A DNA stretch of 64,000 bases, taken from NCBI GenBank assembly GCA_032718475.1, contig JAUCBJ010004498.1, positions 5,280 through 69,279 of the forward strand. Direction: 5' to 3'. Origin of the DNA: Nemertoderma westbladi. Its lineage: Eukaryota > Animalia > Xenacoelomorpha. Position numbers and translations under genes: made by a program. The notes below the pieces were generated by a model. It saw nothing but the letters and a program-made list of their open reading frames with translations, was not told the origin of the DNA and made no database searches. Shown here piece by piece: positions 12,269 through 24,008 of this stretch; position 1 is the stretch's first letter, and each line of letters opens with the position of its first letter.

Positions 12269-13471
12269 TTACATGAGGTAGTGGTCTTTATAACCAACTA
12301 TATTAATATTAACAGCTTTGCGAAATCCACTCACAAAAACGTACATCAAATAAAAGTTAACCCCATATACAACAAGCGAAGTATTACCAACAATAGAAAT
12401 ATAAATGTTTAAAAATCTAATCTCCATCTCATAAGTTACCTCTGCCAAAGTTGACATTGGATTCAGGTTGTCTTGTAAATGAGAACAATAAATATTTATT
12501 ATATCAAATATGACATAGAACATATTTTGCACCGCAGTTAATGTTCCCGTAATTAACATCATTTTAATTGCACAATCTATTTTTCCCCTTGCTATTATTC
12601 TATTGGAATTTAATTTAGAAACTGTTTTAAATTTCCATAATATAAGAATATTTGTAACGAATACTCCTAATACAACTTGCAGTATATGTCTTATAACGCT
12701 AAATGTATCCAACATTTCCAGAGCCCTAAATATGTGAATACTATTATATCTCCAGTAGTCAAAAATTGCGATATATTGAGGTTCTCCATCTGTATCAATA
12801 ACTTCACCTTTATACATAAACAGGTACGGCCAATACATAGATGCACTGTAAATACCAAGAATTATTACAATCACATAAATAATTTTGGGGTTTTTTAATT
12901 CTGTATTAACAAACCATATCGGAAAATATAATGCTACAATTCTTTCTAAACCCATCATCAGAGCCAATAGCATCGCAGCATATTGTGGTATCCAAGCAAG
13001 AATTTGCCAATACATGTGAAATAACCAATAGATTTGATTGTGGCATTTATAAACAATCAAATAATTACCATTAATGTCTATATTTGTGGCTGGATATTCG
13101 GCCCACCAATAAAATTTACTACCGTGTGCCAGAATTTGGCCGAGGCATACCAAAGATTCCAGAACGGAGTCTACCATTAACATTCGATAAAATAAGGTAT
13201 CAAATGACTTCTCCAACACAATAGTTGCTATAGTAATTATATGACCAATAATCCCCAATATTACATAAGTAGCAACGAAAGGTGTGTGAAAATACTCAAA
13301 TCCGTTCCTGAAACTATTCAACTGATCTTCTTGGCTTTTATATATGTTATTATATTCGGATTTAAGAATGGTCTTGTAATATTCATGATATATGTTATCT
13401 GAGACGTTTGGAATTTTTTCCATATGCCAAGTCTCCCATGTTCCATCAAAACTACTGATAAGATAATCCAT
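12269..13471 (-). CDS. Intronless rhodopsin-like (class A) GPCR, FMRFamide-receptor/Srw-like chemoreceptor type
   Basis: 400-aa ATG-initiated ORF with about 7 hydrophobic segments. TM1 LGIIGHIITI, TM3 end MGLERIVALYFP (DRY-like ER..P), TM7 GVNFYLMY followed by helix 8 SGFRKAV. Confidence 0.88.
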   Translation of the reverse strand: MDYLISSFDGTWETWHMEKIPNVSDNIYHEYYKTILKSEYNNIYKSQEDQLNSFRNGFEYFHTPFVATYVILGIIGHIITIATIVLEKSFDTLFYRMLMVDSVLESLVCLGQILAHGSKFYWWAEYPATNIDINGNYLIVYKCHNQIYWLFHMYWQILAWIPQYAAMLLALMMGLERIVALYFPIWFVNTELKNPKIIYVIVIILGIYSASMYWPYLFMYKGEVIDTDGEPQYIAIFDYWRYNSIHIFRALEMLDTFSVIRHILQVVLGVFVTNILILWKFKTVSKLNSNRIIARGKIDCAIKMMLITGTLTAVQNMFYVIFDIINIYCSHLQDNLNPMSTLAEVTYEMEIRFLNIYISIVGNTSLVVYGVNFYLMYVFVSGFRKAVNINIVGYKDHYLM

Positions 13472-14260
13472 AATTTACAATAATTCTAGAACAATGGCAG
13501 TCTAACAATAAATTAATTTCACATATTATAGCATGATAGAAAATATGCTATGGCATTTATTATAAACTGTGATGTTGTCAAATAAGTGTGAAAAAAACCA
13601 TGGCAAAAATTGTCCTCAAGTGAAAAAGTGATCACAAGTGCTAACTGACCGCAAGCAAAATAAAGTGTCGTTTATTGTTTAGGTTAGAAAATTCTGTAAT
13701 CTGCCCCTTTCTCTTAATGTTTAAAAAAATGAATTAATTATTTTTAAACCCACTAAACACATTAACGGTCATTTCGCGCCATAATTCGTTATGAGGTATG
13801 ATGCCCATTTCAATAATTCAGAAAAGTTCAGTATATTACACATTAAAAGGGGGGGGGGGGGATACACCATTTTGGTCCAAAATATTATGAAATTATTTTT
13901 ATGATCGATTATACTGCATGCTTAAATGGTGTTTCCAGATCTGAAAACTGCTATTTAATAGCTCTTTTAGTTTTTTAGTTATAACAATTTCCATTTAGGG
14001 AGACCTATTGAAATCACTACGTATTACAGTACACTACATATGTATAATGAAAGGTCGATTATCTCCAAAAAAAATGTTTATGAAATTAATTGTCAACTTC
14101 AAAACCCTACTACTTCTACAAATTTGGAGCAATTAGTCTGAAAATTTCTGTGGGTGTCTACATAGCCACCCTGCATAAAAGTATCAGACAACTTTTTTAA
14201 ATTTACTGGTAATAAAATTTTATACTATATATAACAAACCTAAAAAATTAGCATAAATTT

Positions 14261-14277
14261 GCAGCGCCACCTAGCGG
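14261..14277 (-). promoter_or_regulatory. CTCF-like binding motif
   Basis: Minus strand reads CCGCTAGGTGGCGCTGC, close to the CTCF core consensus. It is an isolated GC-rich spot in AT-rich DNA about 0.8 kb upstream of the GPCR. Motif match only. Confidence 0.35.
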
Positions 14278-16144
14278 TGCAGAATTATTTTCACTAAATT
14301 TCGCCTGATAGTTATGTTGCAACATCTTTGATCTATCATACAGTATTTAAAAACTTTCATGTGATTAGATTCAAAACTGTAAAAGCCTTTTTTAAGCACA
14401 ACCATTTTTTTTTGTTTTTAACTAGTATTAACTAATATTAAATAGCGAAAAATGAATCAGCGAGCATCTTGTGAGACTGTTGTGACCTCTGCTTGATCTG
14501 TATTCACAGGCGGGCTCCGGCCCGTAATTAAAAAGTGTGCTCAAGTTTGCATTGATGTGGGGCGAGTCACGAAGTGAACGAAGCCTTAGCATGGGGTACC
14601 ATTAACTAATTGTCTGTCTTCGTCCAATTTTTAATCGCTGATAACTGTCATTCATAATTGCTGAAATTAAACCAAACCTGGTACGTATTAACTTGGTACG
14701 AAACAATTTTGGAAAGAATCTGAAGTTTTGTCGAAAATCAAACTGTTTGTCAGTCGGTACCAGTAGTTTCAGACATTTGATAAAAACTGAAATAAGTCGG
14801 TCAATCATTGATAAAATTAAACAAAACTTGGTAAACATGTGGGTCAGTCAAAGATTTAGAAAGATTCTGAAGATTGGTCAATAATCAGGCAGTCAGTCTG
14901 TCGTTACCGGGTGTTTCAGACTTTTGATAAAAATCGAAATAAGTCGGCCTATTATTGCTGAAATTAAACCAAACCTTGTACGTATCGTTACAGCTAAAAC
15001 CAAACCATTCCATTCCTTCCCGTTTCCCATAGCGGCGGCGGGGGGGGGGGGGGGGGAGGGGGTGGGGGTGGATACTCGCATGTGAAGAATACCAGGATTT
15101 CACTTTTCGGTCGACTTTTTATTGGAATTTTATATATGAAGATATTTTATTTGTTTAAATATATCTTTATTAAGTGTTTTATAGCGTTTGTTTCTGTCTT
15201 ATAACCTACTGTATACTAATTCGTTTATTGTTTTGGTTAGTTTCAGCCCTTCTGTAACCTGTGTTTTTGGTGAAAACCTGGTATTCTTCACATGGAGGCT
15301 AACGGCAAAGTGAAATATAACGGCAGAAAGTATGGCATTCTTCACATGGGACTGGATACTTGGTCAGCCCGGGATCGAACAGGTGATGCTTGAAAGTGCT
15401 AATCACATTGTAGGCCTACGACCAACGGACCAACAAGGACTGGTTTTAAGTTTAGACTTGGAAAGACACTTGTTGTTTTTGTGGTCGCACTAGAAACTCG
15501 AAAACATCAGAAACAATTGTATTAAACGAAATTACAACAATGTGGATCGGATTATTGAAGAATGAGAATATATTATATATTTTTATTTGCATTATGTATG
15601 TACATAAATGCAAGTTTATAGATTAATGTTATATCACAAAGCGTTTTCCAGTGCCTAACTCGCAATTTAGTCAATATGGCGCACATGTGTTCGCCACAAA
15701 TTAATTAATAAAAACTCACTAAGAGCCCATTACACGCAAATAATATCAGTAGATCTCGTACGAGTATCACATGAAATCAAATTAAAAGTTGGTCGCAAGG
15801 CTTACAACTCCATAGTAAAGCTAAAACCATTAACTGTAATTCAAATAATTACCATGTGTTACGATACTTCTTTTTCCCAGGACGTAGTTTACCCATGTTG
15901 TTAAACTGTAATAATTTACAATTACATAATAAATAACATAAGAAGACAGTCAAAGTCAACTATCCTAAATTACATTATTTTCTATACTTTTCAAACTCAG
16001 TCGGGAGGTTCAATTGTTGGATGCGTTTTAGCTTGTCAGACCGAAACGTACCAGCATAGGGCCTATACGTTTCTCTCTAATAAATGTGCCATTTAGGGAG
16101 TCTTATAACTTTTTGTTGGGCACAGTTTTTGCAAAGTCGGTAAT

Positions 16145-16217
16145 GACGTCCAGGTGGGATCGAACTGCTGACCTCTGGGTTGGAAGTCTGACGCTCTAAC
16201 CATTCAGCTAGCGGCTC
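16145..16217 (-). mobile_element. tRNA-derived SINE head / tRNA pseudogene
   Basis: Minus strand GAGCCGCTAGCTGAATGGTTAGAGCGTCAGACTTCCAACCCAGAGGTCAGCAGTTCGATCCC has A-box and B-box at tRNA spacing, but the acceptor and anticodon stems do not pair. Confidence 0.6.
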
Positions 16218-17504
16218 AGGTAAAAGATAGAACTGAAAATACTATCTGATACCTTGTATGTCCGCAATTTACCTCCTCATGGCCTCTCTGCGCCTTGTAC
16301 TGTATAAACCCATGATCTTTTAGGAAATATTTCAGTATTTTTCATTATGTGTCGTGTTATTCTTGCTCAATATGAAGTTGTCTTCGACCTCTCCCGAAAT
16401 TATCTTAATGTTCTCCGCCTAGCGGTCGGCAGAGGAACTAAAGGCGTTTTGATAGACTGCATGTGTACCACCACCACCTCACGTTTGGTTTTCCTTCACA
16501 AAGATATCAACCGACAATGACAGACGGTCCACTAATTATATCACTACGCAATCCCCACCCCCTAGACTTCGTGGCTCGCCTCACATATTATTACGTGACT
16601 ATAAATTACATATACTGTGATGTTATACATAGATATAAATAGGCGAAAATAATAGTGGAATTCGATATATATTGAAGAATATGCGTCCTTCTGGAATGGA
16701 TATCCTACTAAAGAAAAGCTGTTCATCGTTATAACTTATATAACGTATATAATATGTCATATATTATAATTTATGTATTGATAATAGGCAAAAATTAAAA
16801 TGAATATAAAAAATAATAATAAATACTATTTGCTGTAATGTAATAAAAATACAATTTACTTTATGTCTTATAAACTAAAACTTTATACCTGTAGGACCAG
16901 AGGCGTACCGAGGTTTCTGGCGCCCTGTAAACAAGCATTGATTCTGCCCCCCCCCCCCCCCCCATTTAAAAAAAAGTATATATTCACAAAATTCATAAAA
17001 TGCAGATTTTTTTAAAACTTAAAACATAATTATAATTGCAGAAAAATATATACATAAATATAAAACACATCTTGAAACAGCAACAAATATTATTACATTA
17101 ATAAAATATTGTTTACTACCGTGGAATTACAAAAATAATGGCTTCCGGTTATGATATATAGCCACCCCTCCAAATCATAATTTGGTGCCCTTCACAAATC
17201 GGCGCCATGTGAAACTTGTCCCCCCTAACCCAACCAAGGCATGCAAAATAAATGTAAAGTTCATTACTGTGTTATGCTATAGTAGATTATAGACGGTTTC
17301 ATTAGCGGAACTAAAACAATGCTTTATAAAGTACTGCTATTTAATGTACAGTATATGAATTTGTGGCGGTATTTTTAAGAAAGGGAACTTAAAGTAAATA
17401 GATAGTCCTGAGTGAAACGTGTTTATAGTCCAGAGTGAAACGTGTTCATAGTTTTCGCAATTTTTAGTGGTTCAAAAGTTGGTTAAATATTATTGTATGA
17501 GGGA

Positions 17505-17632
17505 ATATATATATATAATATATAATATACAGTATATATATATATAATATATAGTATATATATATATAATATACAGTATATATATATATAATATATAATA
17601 TACAGTATATATACATATAATATATAATATAT
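17505..17632. repeat. (TA)-rich compound microsatellite
   Basis: Repeated TATATATAATATACAG-like units. Confidence 0.85.
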
Positions 17633-18288
17633 GAGGTCATATTGTCATAATCTGTTATTTTGTCAAAGAAAAGATTAACCTACGCTCTGCTATGCTGTAA
17701 CTGCATACCTGTGCTTTATAGCTTAGTACTAAAATATTACTTATTTGTACCGTAGTTGTAGGCCTACTTCACATTGTTGTTGTTAAAGATGGAAGCCTTG
17801 AAGTGAAGGCCATTATGATTGCAGATTAGTGTTTTATAATTTTTGGGATAAAAATAATATAATAAAATAATTTTAATAAAATAATGTACCGGTAATTTTT
17901 TTGAAATTTTGAAAAAAAAATAAAAATTTTGAAAAAAAATATTAAAGAAATAGGCCTAGAATTTAGAATTTTTGAAATTTCTAAATTTTTCATGTCATTT
18001 CAAAAACAATTTCTTGAAACCTTGAAAATTGAAAAAATAATTTCAATTATATAACAACCCTACAACTTTGGTGGGCAGGTAATAACTGCAACTTTTCGCT
18101 CAAAAATTTGTATGCTCGTCTTTTGAGCACCACAGACGCCGTCTAAATCTCAAAATCGACGAAATAACTCCAAGGTCCCTTTCTAGGAATACCGCCACAT
18201 TTGTTTGAATGATACAGATTGTACAAGGTAAGCCCGAATACCTATGGGTGCTACTGGAGTTGTACTAATATTAGTTAGTAGTAGAGAA

Positions 18289-18696
18289 CTAGTATTGTTC
18301 CTTGACAACTAAAAGGCCTAACAATCCGATACAAATGATAGGCGGTAGCGGAATCTCGCCGTTTAAGTACATCACCGGAACGGCGCATACCATGAGGAAG
18401 ATTAACGAGTACACAGCTAGCAGACGGGTGGAGCGGACAGCCGCTATCATAAGTAAACCAGCAATGAAGTCCCAGACACCGGTGAGCGTCATGAAGAACA
18501 GACCGGTAGGACGGTACAGGCCCAGTAGAGCAGTAGGGAACGCCCATTTGTACGCCTCGAAGGCGGACAGTAGTTGGTAGTAAATGTGGCCGGGTGCCCC
18601 GCCCAGCTTCGCTACTCCTATCAGCGCGTACATCCCCGCTAACGCGTACCGTAAATACCGCCAATAAGTATTGTTCCTGTTGTATTTAGGTATCAT
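18289..18696 (-). CDS. TMEM35B: TMEM35B/NACHO-family (DoxX-like) four-TM membrane protein, intronless
   Basis: 135 aa. Motifs LRYALAGMYALIGVAKL, AFPTALLGLYRP, GVWDFIAGLLM, LIFLMVCAV and PPIICIGLL follow the order I recall for vertebrate TMEM35B (LRVLLGGFFALVGLAKL...FPLKVFGYQP...GFLELLAGLLL...LILLMMGAI...PAIVCLG). GC-rich island in AT-rich flanks. Confidence 0.8.
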   Translation of the reverse strand: MIPKYNRNNTYWRYLRYALAGMYALIGVAKLGGAPGHIYYQLLSAFEAYKWAFPTALLGLYRPTGLFFMTLTGVWDFIAGLLMIAAVRSTRLLAVYSLIFLMVCAVPVMYLNGEIPLPPIICIGLLGLLVVKEQY

Positions 18697-19229
18697 TATT
18701 GAGGATATATAATATAATTTAAATATAGGCCTACTACTGTCTGTGTATAATCAATAATATAACAGATTACTATTTTGAATACAAACTCACACTAATTAAT
18801 TATTCTCTAGGCTATATAATTAACCCTTTTGCCACATTGGCTCTTACTTTTTTCTGGATCCTGGCACCACCACCAATAATTACTACTAATACTAACTACT
18901 AACTACTAATAGTTACAACAAGATAAAATTGTAGTTACAGTAGTATGGTTTATGGTACCGGTATAATATCATTCTAATTACCTTATTTGTTGTACCGGTA
19001 GAATTGAATTTATACATTTCTTACCATACCACAGGCCTATGCCATACCACATACCAAGGCATTATTTAATACACAGGATAACCTAACCTGCAAACCCCCA
19101 TTTATTCGCCCAATTATAAGCTCCCAATGCCTGACACCAACAATGACTTAATGTATTACTACAAACTTATGCTGTTATGTGTACAGTACATGTCAGTGTC
19201 AGTACTGGTAGCTAGCGCTAACCAGTTCA

Positions 19230-19415
19230 TCAATTTATTTAGTCCAGCAAGCAGGTGTCAAGGGAAAGTGGTTGAAACTTCCTCATTTATCCATTTCTGA
19301 ACAAAATTATATCAATAATATAGGAGCTTTTTGAAGGTCTACACCCGCAGACAGGTTGAAAATTTTATAAGATTTTCGCGAGCTTCCTGGGCCAATAGGC
19401 CCCTTCTTCAGGTAG
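19230..19415 (-). mobile_element. Penelope-like retroelement terminal-repeat remnant with degenerate minimal hammerhead ribozyme
   Basis: Minus strand CCTGAAGAAGGGGCCTATTGGCCCAGGAAGCTCGCGAAA contains the CUGANGA core and a GGGCC-tatt-GGCCC stem II; the GAAA box is altered to GGAA. Confidence 0.5.
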
Positions 19416-20439
19416 ATTGAATTATATTAACATAATATAGCTGTATAGGTATAGGTGGTTACACCAGTAGTAAAGCACCAACCATGGCCTACTACTGTAT
19501 ATATATATATATAGTACAGTAGTAGGCCATGCACCAACAGATAAAATTCAAATTTCCCTCTATTTTACGTTTGATATGATATTGATATTGATTTATTAGT
19601 GATAATATAAATATTAAAGTACACATATTAAAAACACACATTATACTTCAAATTAAATATAGATGGTATACATATTAAAAACAAGCAATAATCTTCAAAT
19701 TGAACATGTTGAACATACGGTAGTACTTGGCCTGTATAGCGTAGTACTAAAGTACAGTATAGATTATAATTAAACACGGTTTAGATATTGAAATTGATAT
19801 GTACAATTATTGGCGTACCTCGTTTCCATGTGGGTCCCCGCAAAGCACTTGGTGTGTGACAAAGGTAGGTCTATAAAATGTGGCAGGAAATTAGAATTGT
19901 ACAGTAAATAAAATAATATGCAAAAGGGTAGACATGAGTGTTAAACTTAAAATTACAAAATATATAAAATATAGTGGCTGTACTAGGTTAAAATATAATA
20001 TAAAAAACGGGACTAATACTGACTAGTACTATAAAGGCTGTACTAGGTTAAAATAAGATCTACAATACGGGACTAATACTGCTGTGAATAGTGAAAAGAT
20101 TGGGTAAAAATGTTTGCAGGGATGGTTAGTTACATACTGTACCAGGGCGATGTTTACACAACATGGCGATCATTATTGCAACAGGTTTATCAATAATTAC
20201 ACTCAAAGATCGGTGAATGACAGGATGGACAGAACATATGCGAAATCAAATTATGAAGCAGAAAATATATGAGATCAAGACATTAGGAAATGATATGGGG
20301 AATAATAACAGGGAGGGTCAAAGTAGCAAACGCGTTTAACAAAAAATACAAAATCAAATTATAAACATAAAAAATATATATATGAGTGCCCAGTTACAGT
20401 AAGATACGAGCACTCCGCATGCGCCATCGAGTGGCTCTC

Positions 20440-21500
20440 AACAAGGAACTGGAGTCCGCCGATAGGCTTTGGTGGGGATTTATACCGGCTTCTAAACAAC
20501 TGCCTAACCAATGCTACCAAGATGGATTTCATCATGGAGTGTGGAGCTGATCAAATCTGCGCCGGAGTGAAGGCTGGCATTGAGGAGGGGTCTGTTCATG
20601 CGATGTCCACATTGTATGAGGAGTCCACTACAGATACCGAGTGTGTATGCTCTTAGTGGATGCATCCAATACGTTCAACTCCCTGACCCCCTGAGTCGGC
20701 CCGTTGCACACTGGAATGCGCGTTTGTATTGGTACCGTTGTTTATGGTACCTTTATAATACCTACTGTATAATGGTCATGCTGTTCTCTATTTACAGGGA
20801 TCCAAAATTCCACTATGGAGTGCAGAGGGGTTCACCCAGGTTGAACCAGCAGAAATCTTGGAGTATGGGTGTGAAACTCTTCCATTTATTCGATCACCGC
20901 GTGATATTGCGTCTGTGGAAATCTCTACAAATGCCTCCACTAGTCCAAAAGGTGTACCAACCTTGGAAGATGTTCTCTCCGACTCAGTACAGATCCCAAT
21001 CAGGCAACCTTCCAACAGCAGTGTTGGTATGTAGATGATGCGTCTTCTGCTGGTCAATTGGAGGCAGCGCAGAGATGGTGGGATTTATTATTATTGTAGA
21101 ACGCGGTCCACGTATTGGATATAAACCAGAGCCAACAAAATGCTTCCTGCCTGGTGTTTAAGCCTGAGTTACTAAACCATGCGTGTGAGGTGTTTTGTGT
21201 CGAGTGGAGTGCACAGCTGATTCTGACCACCGCTTTCTTTATGGCTCTATAGGCAATGTCTGGAGACAACACGAGTTCGTATCGGAGAAAGTTGTGAATT
21301 GGGTAGCAAGTATTGAGCGAATGGTGGAATTCGCGAGTGAGTTCCCTCAGACTGCTGAGGGGGACTACCTGCTGCGCGTGTTTGAGTCCGAGGAACAGGA
21401 TATCACACATATCCGTTGTGTTTTGGTCGAGAAATATCTCACCGCATTATTTGAAACAACTCTGAGCAATGAGGATAAACTGTTGGCCCTACATCTTCTT
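20440..21500 (+). pseudogene. Decayed CRE-clade non-LTR retrotransposon reverse transcriptase
   Basis: Frameshifted motifs on the + strand: a GVRPIG-like segment (~20450), QICAGVKAGIEEG (~20552), VDASNTFN (~20655) and WYVDDASSAGQLEAAQRWWDLL (~21024). Many stops and frameshifts. Confidence 0.7.
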
Positions 21501-21959
21501 CATATTAGTTGCGATGATTACCTTTAAGACTGCTCTGATATTAAAATCAAAATGAGCCTCTATTTTTCTGTCAATGTAATTTCATTGTACTGTACAGTAT
21601 ATTGGTTATTTGCTGTTAAATTAGTAGTAATAAGCCTCTGCTGTATGTACATTGCTTGTATGCAGTATATTATGATCTATACTGTTGGAGTGTTGGTACA
21701 CCTTGCATTGCGATTAGGTCAGTAATTATTGATGAAACAGCGTGAAACATTATGCTATGTAAGGCGGAGAGTGTAATTTCTATCAAATATTATTTCACAG
21801 AAATCGTGTCATACCGGTACCTTTCATACAATCATTAGTTAAATTTTTACTGGAACTATCAGGTTTATGTTAGTTATTATAAATATAGATAAATATTATT
21901 CCACAAAATTTGGGTAAACGATTTATAACAGCTACTGTACTTTTCAGGAATAAACATTG

Positions 21960-22128
21960 AACTTTAGTCCTACTTACTTATATAACTTTAGTCCTACTTA
22001 CTTATATAACTTTAGTCCTACTTACTTATATAACTTTAGTCCTACTTACTTATATAACTTTAGTCCTACTTACTTATATAACTTTAGTCCTACTTACTTA
22101 TATAACTTTAGTCCTACTTACTTATAAC
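21960..22128. repeat. 24-bp minisatellite, 7 copies
   Basis: Unit ACTTTAGTCCTACTTACTTATATA, essentially perfect copies. Confidence 0.95.
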
Positions 22129-22394
22129 ATATTATTATTATTACATACATATACATACGTATATACATGTCATCATATACATATTATTACATGAAATACA
22201 AAGCTTTATTTCCATCCCCATATGATGTAAAATTAACCTCTCATTGCAGGGTCAACCGGAAAAACAACTTTTTCCATTTACTGTACAGTTAAATTATTAT
22301 AATTTAATAAAGGTAGTAAAAGTAATGGAACTGTGGTCAAAGATAATGCAGAGCTAACCTAGCCAATCTAGCTGTGAAGTGAGTGGAACTGGAC

Positions 22395-22523
22395 TTACTT
22401 CGATTTTGCCACTTTTTTATGCTTCGCTTTGCTATCATTGTCGTCGACTTTGGGTTTATTTCGGAGATATTGATCTATCATACTGTCCTTATACCTCTGT
22501 CCTCCAGCAGAAGCTGCCGCCGC
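22395..22523 (-). CDS. Candidate isolated exon (possibly terminal), 42 aa
   Basis: Acceptor CTTACCTTCTCATTGCAG| is followed in phase 0 by AAAASAGGQRYKDSMIDQYLRNKPKVDDNDSKAKHKKVAKSK*. The stop overlaps a GTAAGT donor at 22398. AATAAA lies on the minus strand at ~22205-22210. Confidence 0.45.
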   Translation of the reverse strand, partial: AAAASAGGQRYKDSMIDQYLRNKPKVDDNDSKAKHKKVAKSK

Positions 22524-23054
22524 CTGCAATGAGAAGGTAAGATTAATTAACGCGAAATTAAATCACAACCGTAATTGATTTACTTTACTTAATAAATAAA
22601 ATAAGGTTAAATAACCTAATTTGAACTTTTATATTAACTTGAAGAATTGGATATAAAATTGGAACCTTAAAAACAAACCAATATGCCGCTTAAACGAGGC
22701 ATAGGCATTATTGCCAACCCCCCCCCCCCCCCCCCCACGCACCCCCGCCTACCAAGTTCCACAGTTCACATATGTTGTGTAAATTCATAAGTACTGACAT
22801 ATTAATTATTTACAAATTAATTGAGATTCTTAGTTGATAAATGAATCAATTACAAATTGATTCATCTCAAACAACTTTGAAAAAAAAAATTTGAAAACTC
22901 AATAAAAAAGGTCAAAATTATGAATATTACAAGATACAATATTAAGTATTTAATTTATTTACTAAGAAATGCGAATTTCAAGTAGTTATATGATATTAGA
23001 CATCCACGACTTTAAAGAGATTGTGATATTAATATGAAAACAATAAAATAGGAC

Positions 23055-23400
23055 ATGTTGGTGGGGCGTCGCGCAGTACGCGAACATGAGCATTCAAATA
23101 TAAGAAAAGGGCACACCATTTAGCTAAAGGTTTATTTATAGGGATTTTCTCTTATAATTCATTTCGACTTCGAGAGTCAGCTTGAGTTCCAAATTGTTTG
23201 CTTGGTTGTCTTGTTGTCGGTTATATTTTGACAGACAGACTGACAGGCATACAGACAGAAACGACGAGGCCAGATTTGAATTCTGACATCAGAAACAAAG
23301 TCACGGTCCAAGAAAACCCATATAGGAAAGTTTTTAACCATAACCATATACTGTATTATGTAGATGGAATATAAAATATTGAAAGCCAGTACACCCCCCC
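23055..23400. repeat. Dispersed GTCT/GACA-microsatellite-bearing repeat (Helentron/DINE-like family)
   Basis: CAAATATAAGAAAAGGGCACACCATTTAGCTAAAGGTTT (~23095) matches the reverse complement of ~63845-63888. Contains ACAGACAGAC runs and CCAAGAAAACCCATATAG, which is shared with ~63829. Confidence 0.55.
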
Positions 23401-23439
23401 CCCCCCCCCCCCCCACACACACACCCTAAATGCTGCAGC

Positions 23440-24008
23440 ATAGCCCAATCCCGTCTTACATCCTTGACTGGTCGATATATCTGGCGATCTGCCTTGCCAC
23501 GGCATGACTGGTCCTCTCTGTTGCAACAGCCAAGTGTGAGATCCAGCTTCACACTACAGCTGAGCAACAGGTATGAGGCTCTTGCCTCTGAGGCGGCAGA
23601 TCACTGTGAGGGCTATACTGCCTTCACAGAAGCAGTTAAGTTAACAGCTGCAGAAACAGTTCCTGTATACCCTCGGAACAGGAAAAAGGCCCCCTGGACT
23701 GACCACAGAATTCGGAAGAGCCTAAATAACCTCTCTAACGCGCAGAATGAGTACCGACTCGGGCACACGAGGACAGCCCAGGATGCAGTTAAGGCTACGG
23801 CTACATCTAGGTACCTTAACAGGCAGTACCTGTAGGAGCATATCAATAGGCAGGTTGATGCTAGTAGCAATGCTGATGATAGCAGACAATCAGCCCAGGC
23901 ATTGCAATCAATAAACCTGCTCACTGGTAGGAAAAGTCAACCAACCACCAAAGTTAAGGCTGAATCTCCAGCTGAATGCATCAAAGGTTGGAAGTACCAC
24001 TTTGAGAA
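23440..24008 (+). pseudogene. RTE-clade LINE fragment (APE-RT linker region)
   Basis: Reads DWSSLLQQPSVRSSFTLQLSNRYEAL...KKAPW...INLLTGRK...KVKAESPAECIKGWKYHFEN, homologous to the linker of the RTE at ~61750-62170. Contains internal stops. Confidence 0.7.

Noticed and set aside
16145-16217. Functional tRNA gene
   Set aside because: Acceptor and anticodon stems do not pair; better explained as a SINE head.
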